A stretch of 64,000 nt of DNA, from the NCBI GenBank assembly GCA_964035575.1, contig OZ037840.1, positions 1,488,001-1,552,000 of the forward strand, in the 5' to 3' direction. The stretch is from Rhynchopus sp. YZ270_cl-10 (lineage: Eukaryota). Positions within the stretch are counted from its first letter, which is position 1. The number at the start of each line of letters is the position of its first letter. The translations under genes and the position numbers were made by a program. Below, piece by piece: positions 54,631-64,000 of the stretch. The notes beneath the pieces are model-generated. The model worked only from the letters and a program-made list of their open reading frames with translations, was not told the DNA's origin and made no database searches.

Positions 54631-55170
54631 GATGTATTAGGAGGGAGAGGGAGGGGGAACGACCAACGTATTTTGAAAAAAAATGAAAAAAGAGAGAGAG
54701 AGAAAGAGAACAGTAAATTTGGTTGCTTTTTTTTGTGCACAGAGCCCCTTTTCTCTCAAATTCACCAATCCGAGAGCTGTGTCTGCACACGGTGTCAAAT
54801 TGTATCGCATTTCTTTTTTGTGTTGTTTTGCAATTAGATGACTCTAAAAAGCCGTGTGTTGCACAAAGAGGAGAGGTGAGAGGTGACCTCCGTGAATGGT
54901 ACACTGTCTACGCTAGGCACCTGCGTATCCTAGGAGTGAACAAACAACATTACGTCTGGTTTGCTTGGAAGATCAAAAGAAAGCGTCCTTTCCTGCGCAC
55001 AGTGCCCATAAGTACGGAGTGTAGAAAGAAAGATCCCAAACAGTATCGTCAGCAAGCGATACCCGAATGCCAAATGACGAGCCTCAATTATTCTTTTCTG
55101 AACCGCAATAGGGAACAGATGCTTCTCCAGGGGGGGATATCCACACACAGGAGTTACACGTATTTACACG

Positions 55171-57309
55171 ATGGGGTGGCTCGAGGGTGTGCTGTCGCTG
55201 GATGGGACATTGGATGGGAAGGTGCGCAAGAAGCGGACACTGTTCCTGCTGTTCATGTGTGTGGTGGCAGCCTTCTCTGGGGTTGGGCTGCTCAGCTACT
55301 CCTCGCAAGGGGTGTCGGAGCGTGTGGTGGCGGTGCTGTCGCTGTTGGTGATGTTCGTGACAAGTCTGTTTGCTATTGTCTGGGTGCTGTGCAGGCGCCC
55401 TCTCGTGCAGGGATTGGTGCACGTCTCAGGAGGTGTGTTAGCGGTGTCCATCCTCTTTCAAGACCTTTCGGCACGAAGCACTTCAGACACCTCGTGGCCT
55501 TTGCTTGTGCTTGTTGTGGACTTCCTGCTTGTGATGCAAGCGAATGAGCGCTTTGTCTCCGTTCTCGTTGCTGTCACGTTGTGCTATTTGTTGCTCATAG
55601 CTTTTGAAAGTACCCTCAGGTTTGGGATGTTGGACCTGCCCGGCTTGGTGCCGCAGGAGGGTGAAAGGGGGAGGAGGGAAATCGGTTTCATAAAAGCAGA
55701 CTGCACGTCTCTCCCGTGTGCGTTGCCAGCAGGAGGGACCGTGCGGTACTTCCTGGCAGCTGCAGGGGTCTTTGTGATTGACTTCATCACAACACGAGGA
55801 TTTGCACGTGATGTTCAGGAAGAGCAGGCATCGATGGAGCGGACGATCAACGCTGTGCAGGAGATCGCCTCACTGCTTGCTGGGTACGACGTGGAGCAGG
55901 TGGCGGAGCTGCTGAAGGCGCATGAGGGTGACCTGCCTGAGGGGATGACAGCAGCATTGAGGGGATTGGAGGAGAACCTGCGGAAGTACCGTCCCTACCT
56001 CCCTTCTGCGCTGTTTGAGGTGGAGGTGGAGGACGGTGTGCAGCAGCCGACTGTGGCACCGCCTGGGCTTGACAGCGAGACAGCAACAATTGTGTTCACA
56101 GACATCCGTGCGTCGACGTCGATCTGGGAGAACGCACCTGAGGGGATGCGTGCTGGACTGCAGATCCACAACGCTGTGATGCGTGATGTGATGCGGATGT
56201 GTGGTGGGTACGAGGTGAAGACCATTGGCGACGCATTCATGATTGCTTTTGCGTCCACTTGCGACGGTGTGGCGTTTGGGTTGCGTGTGCAGGAACGTCT
56301 TTTCGAAGCAGACTGGCCCGCATCTCTGCTTGAGGATGCACCCATCTGTTCTCGTCAGGGGTCGCTGTGGGGTGGACTAACTGTTCGCATTGGTGTGAAC
56401 ACTGGCCCTGTGACTGTGGAGCAGAACACACTGACGGGACGGACAGACTACCTTGGACACACAGTGAACGTTGCTGCACGCCTTGAGAGCACATGCACAC
56501 CTGGTGCTGTGGCTTTGCCCAATGACCTGTGGAGTTCTGAGTCCTGGTCGTGCAGTGCTGTTGTTGGTGCGCCAGAAGCAGTTCACTTGAAGGGTGTGTC
56601 AGGGAGCACTTTAGTGTGCTGTGTGTGGCCTGTCTCACTTGGGGGACGAAGGGAGACACCACTTTGTGAGTCTTCTTCGCCCGCCTCCAGGCGAAGATGC
56701 TCCAGTGCAAAGCTGGTCAAGAATCAAAGTTTGTCAGCCACGTTGAGAAGTACATCGGTGGCTTCCTCCACGCACAGTTTGCTGTTGACACACCCGACCC
56801 ACCAGGTCTCCGGCACTGTGGGAGTTGTACACCTTGCAGTGGGTGACGTGGGACACAACACAGCTTTCCCACGAATGAGCTCCGGACTCACGACACTGAC
56901 GATTGCACTGGAGCAGAGTGGAGGGAGTCTGGTGACGCTGCTTGGGAACTGTGTGTGTGTTGGGTGGAACGTGTCGCGTTCTGCACCTGCACACATGGAG
57001 AACGCGATACGTTTTGTGCAGCGCATGTCTGTGAAGTCTGCACTGATCGGGGCTGGACTTGCAAGTGGTCCTGTGCAGCACGGGGATGTTGGTGCACAGA
57101 GACAGCGCTTTGTGACTGTGATGGGGGATGTTGTGCGTCGGAGTTGGGCGCTGTGCGAGGAGGCTGTGCGTGACGGGGTTGTGTGTCTGTACGAGCCTCC
57201 TGAAGGGACAACACTGCCGTCTGCACTTGAAGACGTTCTTGTACAACACAAGGGATCAAACTACAGAGTCGTCGAGCCAGACAACAAAGAACGGAACAAC
57301 GTGTTTTAG
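55171..57309 (+). CDS. Multi-TM adenylate cyclase: one intact class III domain plus a degenerate second domain
   Basis: About six hydrophobic segments. TIVFTDIRAST, YEVKTIGDAFM, RIGVNTG, DYLGHTVNVAARLE retain both Asp, Lys and Asn/Arg. Second domain LLGNCVCVGWN..GLASGPV..GDVG. Confidence 0.92.
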   Translation: MGWLEGVLSLDGTLDGKVRKKRTLFLLFMCVVAAFSGVGLLSYSSQGVSERVVAVLSLLVMFVTSLFAIVWVLCRRPLVQGLVHVSGGVLAVSILFQDLSARSTSDTSWPLLVLVVDFLLVMQANERFVSVLVAVTLCYLLLIAFESTLRFGMLDLPGLVPQEGERGRREIGFIKADCTSLPCALPAGGTVRYFLAAAGVFVIDFITTRGFARDVQEEQASMERTINAVQEIASLLAGYDVEQVAELLKAHEGDLPEGMTAALRGLEENLRKYRPYLPSALFEVEVEDGVQQPTVAPPGLDSETATIVFTDIRASTSIWENAPEGMRAGLQIHNAVMRDVMRMCGGYEVKTIGDAFMIAFASTCDGVAFGLRVQERLFEADWPASLLEDAPICSRQGSLWGGLTVRIGVNTGPVTVEQNTLTGRTDYLGHTVNVAARLESTCTPGAVALPNDLWSSESWSCSAVVGAPEAVHLKGVSGSTLVCCVWPVSLGGRRETPLCESSSPASRRRCSSAKLVKNQSLSATLRSTSVASSTHSLLLTHPTHQVSGTVGVVHLAVGDVGHNTAFPRMSSGLTTLTIALEQSGGSLVTLLGNCVCVGWNVSRSAPAHMENAIRFVQRMSVKSALIGAGLASGPVQHGDVGAQRQRFVTVMGDVVRRSWALCEEAVRDGVVCLYEPPEGTTLPSALEDVLVQHKGSNYRVVEPDNKERNNVF

Positions 57310-58072
57310 CGAGGTTACTGATGGAGGGTACAAGGTGAGAGGGACATTTTCCGATGTGACCTTGAGGGGTTGTGTCTGAAACAAACTATGTTGTCATCGT
57401 CCAAACGAGCAGCGTAGACATCGTGTCTTGTGATGAAGGTGAGCCTTATATTCTTATGTGATCGAAGGACAGACGCAACGTGGATCTCATGAACAGCATG
57501 CATTGTGCAGGTCTGAGCGGGGTTGTCTTTTACAAGCCTTCCTCTCGTTGTGTTGTCTCGTCTTGTATTGTGTGGGTGGGGTTCATATGTAGAAAGCCCC
57601 TTTAATAATCTCCATTCCCTCCCCCGAAATATGTGTGAAGAATCCTGAGCACGAACTTCAAGACTTCCCTTTACATGCGATCTGTTTACGCTTTGGGATG
57701 GACGAAACTTACGCCTTTTTTGTTATTGTTGTCTCCTGCACGTTCTCGTGGGGTCCATTAAACGGAGGCGCCCCTCCCTTTGCAATATTTACACGTCTTT
57801 TCAGGTACAGTTCCTTGACGGAATCTTCGTGTCCGAGACGGCCATCGTCTAGGTCTCGGCATAAGCACCAGTGGTGATCAAACAATGAAGTGGAAGAGAA
57901 AACAATAGGCAGGGTGGTTTGTTTGTTTTTGCGCGTTGTTGGTCTTGTAAATAATATTATCTATAACAGCTCTTACCAAGAGACACTTTTAGATGCCAAG
58001 CCTCAATTATGTTTTTGAACCACAAATGGTACCTCTCACAATACTGACGCAGGAGTTACACGTATTTACACG

Positions 58073-60091
58073 ATGGGGTGGCTCGAGGGTGTGCTGTCGC
58101 TGGATGGGACATTGGATGGGAAGGTGCGCAAGAAGCGGACACTGTTCCTGCTGTTCATGTGTGTGGTGGCAGCCTTCTCTGGGGTTGGGCTGCTCAGCTA
58201 CTCCTCGCAAGGGGTGTCGGAGCGTGTGGTGTCGGTGCTGTCGCTGTTGGTGATGTTCGTGATGAGTCTGTTTGCTATTGTCTGGATGTTGTGCAGGCGC
58301 CCTCTCGTGCAGGGATTGGTGCACGTCTCAGGAGGTGTGTTAGCGGTGTCCATCCTCTTTCAAGACCTGTCGGCACGAAGCACTTCAGACACCTCGTGGC
58401 CTTTGCTTGTGCTTGTTGTGGACTTCCTGCTTGTGATGCAAGCGAATGAGCGCTTTGTCTCCGTTCTCGTTGCTGTCACGTTGTGCTATTTGTTGCTCAT
58501 AGCTTTTGAAAGTACCCTCAGGTTTGGGATGTTGGACCTGCCCGGCTTGGTGCCGCAGGAGGGTGAAAGGGGGAGGAGGGAAATCGGTTTCATAAAAGCA
58601 GACTGCACGTCTCTCCCGTGTGCGGTGCCAGTAGGACTGACCGTGCGGTACTTCTTGGCAGCTGCAGGGGTCTTTGTGATTGACTTCATCACAACACGAG
58701 GCTTTGCACGTGATGTTCAGGAAGAGCAGGCATCAATGGAGCGGACGATCAACGCTGTGCAGGAGATCGCCTCACTGCTTGCTGGGTACGACGTGGAGCA
58801 GGTGGCGGAGCTGCTGAAGGCGCATGAGGGTGACCTGCCTGAGGGGATGACAGCAGCATTGAGGGGATTGGAGGAGAACCTGCGGAAGTACCGTCCGTAC
58901 CTCCCTGCTGCGCTGTTTGAGGTGGATGAGGACGGTGTGCAGCAGCCGACTGTGGCACCGCCTGGGCTTGACAGCGAGACAGCAACAATTGTGTTCACAG
59001 ACATCCGTGCGTCGACGTCGATCTGGGAGAGCGCACCTGAGGGGATGCGTGCTGGACTGCAGATCCACAATGCTGTGGTGCGTGATGTGATGCGGATGTG
59101 TGGTGGGTACGAGGTGAAGACCATTGGCGACGCATTCATGATTGCTTTTGCGTCCACTTGCGACGGTGTGGCGTTTGGGTTGCGTGTGCAGGAACGTCTT
59201 TTCGAAGCAGACTGGCCTGCATCTCTGCTTGAGGATGCACCAATCTGTTCTCGTCAGGGGTCGCTGTGGGGTGGACTAACTGTTCGCATTGGTGTGAACA
59301 CTGGCCCTGTGACTGTGGAGCAGAACACACTGACGGGACGGACAGACTACCTTGGACACACAGTGAACGTTGCGTCACGCCTTGAGAGCACATGCACACC
59401 TGGTGCTGTGGCTTTGCCCAATGACCTGTGGAGTTCTGAGTCCTGGTCGTGCAGTGCTGTTGTTGGTGCGCCAGAAGCAGTTCACTTGAAGGGTGTGTCA
59501 GGGAGCACTTTAGTGTGCTGTGTGTGGCCTGTCTCACTTGGGGGACGAAGGGAGACACCACTTTGCGAGTGTTCCAGTGAGGAGTCGGACAAGAGTCAAA
59601 GTTTGTCAGACACGTCGAGAAGTATTTCCTCCACGCACAGCTTGCTGTTGACACACCCGACCCACCAGGTATCCGGCACTGTGGGAGTTGCACAGCTTGC
59701 AGTGGGTGACGTGGGACACAACACAGCTTTCCCACGAATGAGCTCCGGACTCACGACACTGACGATTGCACTGGAGCAGAGCGGAGGGAGCCTGGTGACG
59801 CTGCTTGGGAACTGTGTGTGTGTTGGGTGGAACGTGTCGCGTTCTGCACCTGCACACATGGAGAACGCGATACGTTTTGTGCAGCGCATGTCTGTGAAGT
59901 CTGCACTGAACGGGGCTGGACTTGCAAGTGGTCCTGTGCAACACGGGGATGTTGGTTCACGGAGACAGCGCTTTGTGACTGTGATGGGGGATGTTGTGCG
60001 TCGGAGTTGGGCGCTGTGCGAGGAGGCTGTGCGTGACGGGGTCGTGTGTCTGTACGAGCCTCCTGATGGCAACACTGCCGTGTGCACTTGA
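58073..60091 (+). CDS. Tandem paralog of the adenylate cyclase, C-terminus shortened by a late frameshift
   Basis: Near-identical to 55171-57309. A 2-bp deletion at ~60067 gives a stop at 60091 instead of the homologous stop at ~60170. Also a shorter interdomain linker. Confidence 0.88.
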   Translation: MGWLEGVLSLDGTLDGKVRKKRTLFLLFMCVVAAFSGVGLLSYSSQGVSERVVSVLSLLVMFVMSLFAIVWMLCRRPLVQGLVHVSGGVLAVSILFQDLSARSTSDTSWPLLVLVVDFLLVMQANERFVSVLVAVTLCYLLLIAFESTLRFGMLDLPGLVPQEGERGRREIGFIKADCTSLPCAVPVGLTVRYFLAAAGVFVIDFITTRGFARDVQEEQASMERTINAVQEIASLLAGYDVEQVAELLKAHEGDLPEGMTAALRGLEENLRKYRPYLPAALFEVDEDGVQQPTVAPPGLDSETATIVFTDIRASTSIWESAPEGMRAGLQIHNAVVRDVMRMCGGYEVKTIGDAFMIAFASTCDGVAFGLRVQERLFEADWPASLLEDAPICSRQGSLWGGLTVRIGVNTGPVTVEQNTLTGRTDYLGHTVNVASRLESTCTPGAVALPNDLWSSESWSCSAVVGAPEAVHLKGVSGSTLVCCVWPVSLGGRRETPLCECSSEESDKSQSLSDTSRSISSTHSLLLTHPTHQVSGTVGVAQLAVGDVGHNTAFPRMSSGLTTLTIALEQSGGSLVTLLGNCVCVGWNVSRSAPAHMENAIRFVQRMSVKSALNGAGLASGPVQHGDVGSRRQRFVTVMGDVVRRSWALCEEAVRDGVVCLYEPPDGNTAVCT

Positions 60092-60590
60092 AGACGTTCT
60101 TGTCCAGCACAAGGGATCAAACTACAGAGTCGTCGAGCCAGACAACAAAGAACGGAACAACGTGTTTTAGCGAGGTTACTGATGGAGGGTACAAGGTGAC
60201 AGGGACATTTCGCGATGTGACCTTGAGGGGTTGTGTCTGAAACAAACGATGTTGTCATTGTCCAAACAATAACATGGACATCGTGTCTTGTGATGAAGGT
60301 GAGCCTTCTTTATTTTTATGTGATCGAAGGACAGTCGCAACTAGGATTCTGATGAACAGCATGCATTGTGCAGGTCTGAGCGGGGTTGTCTTTTACAAGC
60401 CTTACCTCTCGTTGTGTTGTCTTGTCTTGTATTGTGTGGGTGGTATTTGGGTATTTCCTGAGGCTGACGGGCCCATTGATGGTCAAAAAGCTCCTTTAAT
60501 AATCTCCATTGCCCGCTTTTCCCCATTTTGAACCACAAAAGGTACCCTCTCTCACAACATACACACACAGGAGTTACACGTATTTACACG

Positions 60591-62330
60591 ATGGGGTGGC
60601 TCGAGGGTGTGCTGTCGCTGGATGGGACATTGGATGGGAAGGTGCGCAAGAAGCGGACACTGTTCCTGCTGTTCATGTGTGTGGTGGCAGCCTTCTCTGG
60701 GGTTGGGCTGCTCAGCTACTCCTCGCAAGGGGTGTCGGAGCGTGTGGTGGCGGTGCTGTCGCTGTTGGTGATGTTCGTGATAAGTCTGTTTGCTATTGTC
60801 TGGATGCTGTGCAGGCGCCCTCTCGTGCAGGGATTGGTGCATGTCTCAGGAGGTGTGTTTGCAGTGTCCATACTCTTCCACGACCTGTCGGCACGAAGCG
60901 CCTCGGACACCTCGTGGCCTTTGCTTGTGCTTGTTGTGGACTTCCTGCTTGTGATGCAAGCGAATGAGCGCTTTGTCTCCGTTCTCGTTGCTGTCACGCT
61001 GTGCTACTTGTTGCTCATAGCTTTTGAAAGTACCCTCAGGTTTGGGATGTTGGACCTGCCCGGCTTGGTGCCGCAGGAGGGTGAAAGGGGGAGGAGAGAA
61101 ACCGTGCTCCTGTTATCAGACTGCACGTCTCTCCCGTGTGCGTTGCCAGTAGAAATGACAATGCGGTACTTCCTGGCAGCTGCATCCGTCTTCGTGCTGG
61201 ACTTCATCGCAACACGAGGATTTGCACGTGACGTTTTGAAGGAGCAGACATCAATGGAGCGGACGATCAACGCTGTGCAGGAGATCGCCTCACTGCTTGC
61301 GGGGTACGACGTGGAGCAGGTGGCGGAGCTGTTGGCAACACATGAACACGAGCTGCCTGCGGGGATGACAAAGGCACTGCGGAGGTTGGAGCAGAACCTG
61401 CGTGTGTACAAGGCGTACCTTCCTGCCACGTGTCTGCAGGAGGAGGGAAATAAATACACCGCATGTTCGCACGACAGTGTCTCCTCCACGATGGAAGGCA
61501 GGCACACCAGCACACACAGCTCAAAGCAAAGTACTGTACCGAAGCAAGAGGCGGTGGTCCGAGCCCTGGGTCTTGCCCCAGCCACGGCAACACTGTTGAC
61601 AGTGAACATCAAAGACACGTTGCGTATTGTGGAGGACGATAGTGCACGCTTCTCTGAGCTCTTCACAGAAGTCCTTCTGAACGCGTTGGGTGCAACAGCA
61701 GCAAGGCACGGGATGGTGGACGTCTTCGTGGGGGACAGGATCCACTGCTCATTCAACGTCTCACGGAGGTGTGCAAACCACGCCACCTCAGCACTGCATG
61801 CAGCAACAATGCTGTTTCGGACAAGCAGCAATGACTTGTCTGCACACTTCAACATCGGGATCGCGACTGGGAAGGTGCTGCGTGGTGACATGGGGTGTGA
61901 GGTGATGCGCCGCTTCAGCATGGTGGGTGCGCTTGTGCGTGACGTGCACCTCATTGAACGTGCAGGACGTGTGTTTGGCTGTGACGTGCTGTGCAACCGC
62001 ATCTGCTTCACTGAGACAGAATGCGAACACAACTTGCGTCTGATCCCCTGCAGGGTGGAAGTGTCACGGGGCTGCGAGACTGAGGTTGTGGCTGAGCTGG
62101 TGGTATCCGACGACGACGGAGATTCCACTGACAACGAATGGATGTACGTCATTGGCGACGAACGACGTTGGGATGCCTACAACACAGCGGTGCGTGGGTA
62201 TCTGGTGGGGACTGTGGCGGCAACTGAGGTGGCGGCACAGGCATTGAAGGCCGACTGTGATAGCAATTCAGTGACTGTTGTGCCAGGTGCGAGACTCGTT
62301 TTGAACCTTCCTGTGTATGACGACCTATGA
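60591..62330 (+). CDS. Third paralog: same TM module fused to a different, single degenerate cyclase-like domain
   Basis: Similar to copies 1 and 2 up to ~61430. Then TLLTVNIKDT, GDRIHCSFN, GIATGKVLRGDMG, FSMVG; the first metal-binding Asp and the Asn/Arg pair are not evident. Confidence 0.88.
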   Translation: MGWLEGVLSLDGTLDGKVRKKRTLFLLFMCVVAAFSGVGLLSYSSQGVSERVVAVLSLLVMFVISLFAIVWMLCRRPLVQGLVHVSGGVFAVSILFHDLSARSASDTSWPLLVLVVDFLLVMQANERFVSVLVAVTLCYLLLIAFESTLRFGMLDLPGLVPQEGERGRRETVLLLSDCTSLPCALPVEMTMRYFLAAASVFVLDFIATRGFARDVLKEQTSMERTINAVQEIASLLAGYDVEQVAELLATHEHELPAGMTKALRRLEQNLRVYKAYLPATCLQEEGNKYTACSHDSVSSTMEGRHTSTHSSKQSTVPKQEAVVRALGLAPATATLLTVNIKDTLRIVEDDSARFSELFTEVLLNALGATAARHGMVDVFVGDRIHCSFNVSRRCANHATSALHAATMLFRTSSNDLSAHFNIGIATGKVLRGDMGCEVMRRFSMVGALVRDVHLIERAGRVFGCDVLCNRICFTETECEHNLRLIPCRVEVSRGCETEVVAELVVSDDDGDSTDNEWMYVIGDERRWDAYNTAVRGYLVGTVAATEVAAQALKADCDSNSVTVVPGARLVLNLPVYDDL

Positions 62331-63315
62331 TGACCCATGCAATACAGTTTTTAAAGTACACTGTGACAAAAGGGGTTTTATTTTGAACAAGATACAACAA
62401 TAAGCTCGCGTTTCTTGAACAGATTTTATTTTCCGCCCAAAGTAAACACCACTTTTAATCACAAATAATATTTTCCTCTCCTTTTTTTCTTCCACACGCG
62501 CCGGTTTTTGTGTCTGCTATTTTTTTTTCAAAAAGCTTTCTATTTGATTTTTTTTTATGTGCCATCCTTCGATACCCGGTGCGTCCACAGAGGCCTTTTA
62601 CACTGACAACTACCAGATTTTTTTTCTACCTTCTTTCCATCGTGCAGGACTACCGTATTTGTAAAACAGGTCGAACTTCCAGAAAAATCCTGAAAAGGTC
62701 GAACATTATTACGGTCGATACTTTTGTACGAATACGGTATTCTCTCTTTGTCAACGTGGGGGTACCATACCACTCAACGCAGTGGGGAGGGACAGTTTCC
62801 TTTGGTAACGAGGGTTTCGCATCTCTACCTTGTGGCGTGTATCATTCTTTTGCCTTACTGGGGGTAGACCGTACAATAAATAGTTATTTTTATGACTTAC
62901 TTTGCTCTCATGTAGTGTGTGATGAGTACAGAATAGTACGGGGCTCAACACAGCAGACTAAAAAAACGTTTACTTTTTTTAGCAGGATTTTTGCTCATTT
63001 TTTTTTATTTTGGCTGTGAAGGCATTTGCACGACACATCTTGGTGGTACACACTCTTTGTAGACGATCTACCCTCTCTCTTGGCCCTTTACAACAAAGGA
63101 AACCTTTACAACAATTCCATAAGTAACAAATTGGGGTAGCTCCAAGGCGTGCTGTCGCTGGACGGGATATAGGACATTACCCTAATGAACACCCTCCCTT
63201 TCCCCTCCCCCCACTCACCAACTCCCCCCAGGATCCCTCCCTACAAACCCATCATTCTTTCTACCCCTTTTTTACCAATTTCTTTCCACTCTTCTTTTCT
63301 ATCCTTTACTCACAA

Positions 63316-64000
63316 ATGTTTCGAAATGGTGTGAGCCAGGTGGACTTCGCACTTGCGGCACATGATAAGACCGGCCGCCCACACGCCCGCCGCCTCACCA
63401 GCATTGACGACGAATTCTGCCTCCACCCGCTGCCTGAGGACGCAGAACCGGGCTTGCTGGGGAAGGGCGGGTTTGGGGTGGTCAAACGGTACCGACGGCT
63501 GAACAAGGCGTGGCTGAAGCACATCCCCGAGGTGGCTGTGGCAGTGAAACGAATCGACAAATCACGACTCAAATCGTACACCGCTCTGAAGCACGTATGC
63601 GTCGAGATCGCTGTCCTCCGCCACTTCAAGCACGAAAATGTCATCAAGCTATACGACGTTGTCCACACAGCCGACGCAGTATACATGATCATGGAGTTGA
63701 TCGATGGGCACGACCTCTGGACCTTTCTGCGCAAGCAAGAAAACGGGCGTTTAAGTAGTGACAAAGCGGCGGTTGTGGTGAAACAGCTTTTCACTGCCTT
63801 AGAGTACATCCATTCGGCGAAGGTTGTGCACAGAGACATCAAGCTCGAAAACATCCTGATCGGCGCGAATCTCCACATCAAAGTCATCGACTTCGGCCTT
63901 GCGAAGTACTGTGGTAGCACCAACACCCTTGACGCAGCGCTGCCTCCACAAAGCCCGATTGGTGATCCTGCGGGGGGATCACCTATGGTTGCAAGCACTC
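63316..64000 (+). CDS. Ser/Thr protein kinase (CAMK/AMPK-like), truncated by window end
   Basis: Own translation from ATG 63316: LGKGGFGVV, VAVKRIDK, EIAVLRHFKHENVIKLYDV, HRDIKLENIL, DFGLAK. Confidence 0.93.
   Translation, partial: MFRNGVSQVDFALAAHDKTGRPHARRLTSIDDEFCLHPLPEDAEPGLLGKGGFGVVKRYRRLNKAWLKHIPEVAVAVKRIDKSRLKSYTALKHVCVEIAVLRHFKHENVIKLYDVVHTADAVYMIMELIDGHDLWTFLRKQENGRLSSDKAAVVVKQLFTALEYIHSAKVVHRDIKLENILIGANLHIKVIDFGLAKYCGSTNTLDAALPPQSPIGDPAGGSPMVAST

Noticed and set aside
61004..63998. - strand ORFs of 382 and 230 aa
   Set aside because: Antisense to the cyclase-like gene and the kinase.

Overview
Eukaryotic, repeat-rich window, most likely from a euglenozoan (diplonemid-like) protist. 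This is inferred from intronless co-oriented + strand genes, trypanosome-type adenylate cyclase domains, an Ingi/I-type LINE and a VIPER/TATE-type element. Host genes, all on +: a receptor-type cyclase-like protein with a 5'-nucleotidase-like ectodomain, a Zn-finger ORF, two tandem ubiquitin-like/beta-propeller genes (the first frameshifted), a GH27 alpha-galactosidase, a GH78 alpha-L-rhamnosidase, three tandem multi-TM adenylate cyclases and a truncated Ser/Thr kinase. Main mobile elements, both on -: (1) an apparently intact APE-RT-RNaseH LINE whose ORF1 and ORF2 share a frame and are separated by one TGA; (2) an apparently intact tyrosine-recombinase retrotransposon (gag-YR-RT/RNaseH) with split direct repeats. 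The second sits in a (GTGTGAT)n microsatellite with four extra solo ~350-bp repeat units, and every junction falls at the same ATG trinucleotide. Intergenic DNA holds many non-autonomous DNA transposons with readable TIRs/TSDs. Unexplained structured signals include a hammerhead-like ribozyme core in a non-canonical strand order (12.5 kb), a ~40-nt hairpin family with nine + strand copies, and an isolated sarcin-ricin-loop mimic (30.5 kb). All calls come from reading the sequence by eye; no database search was run.
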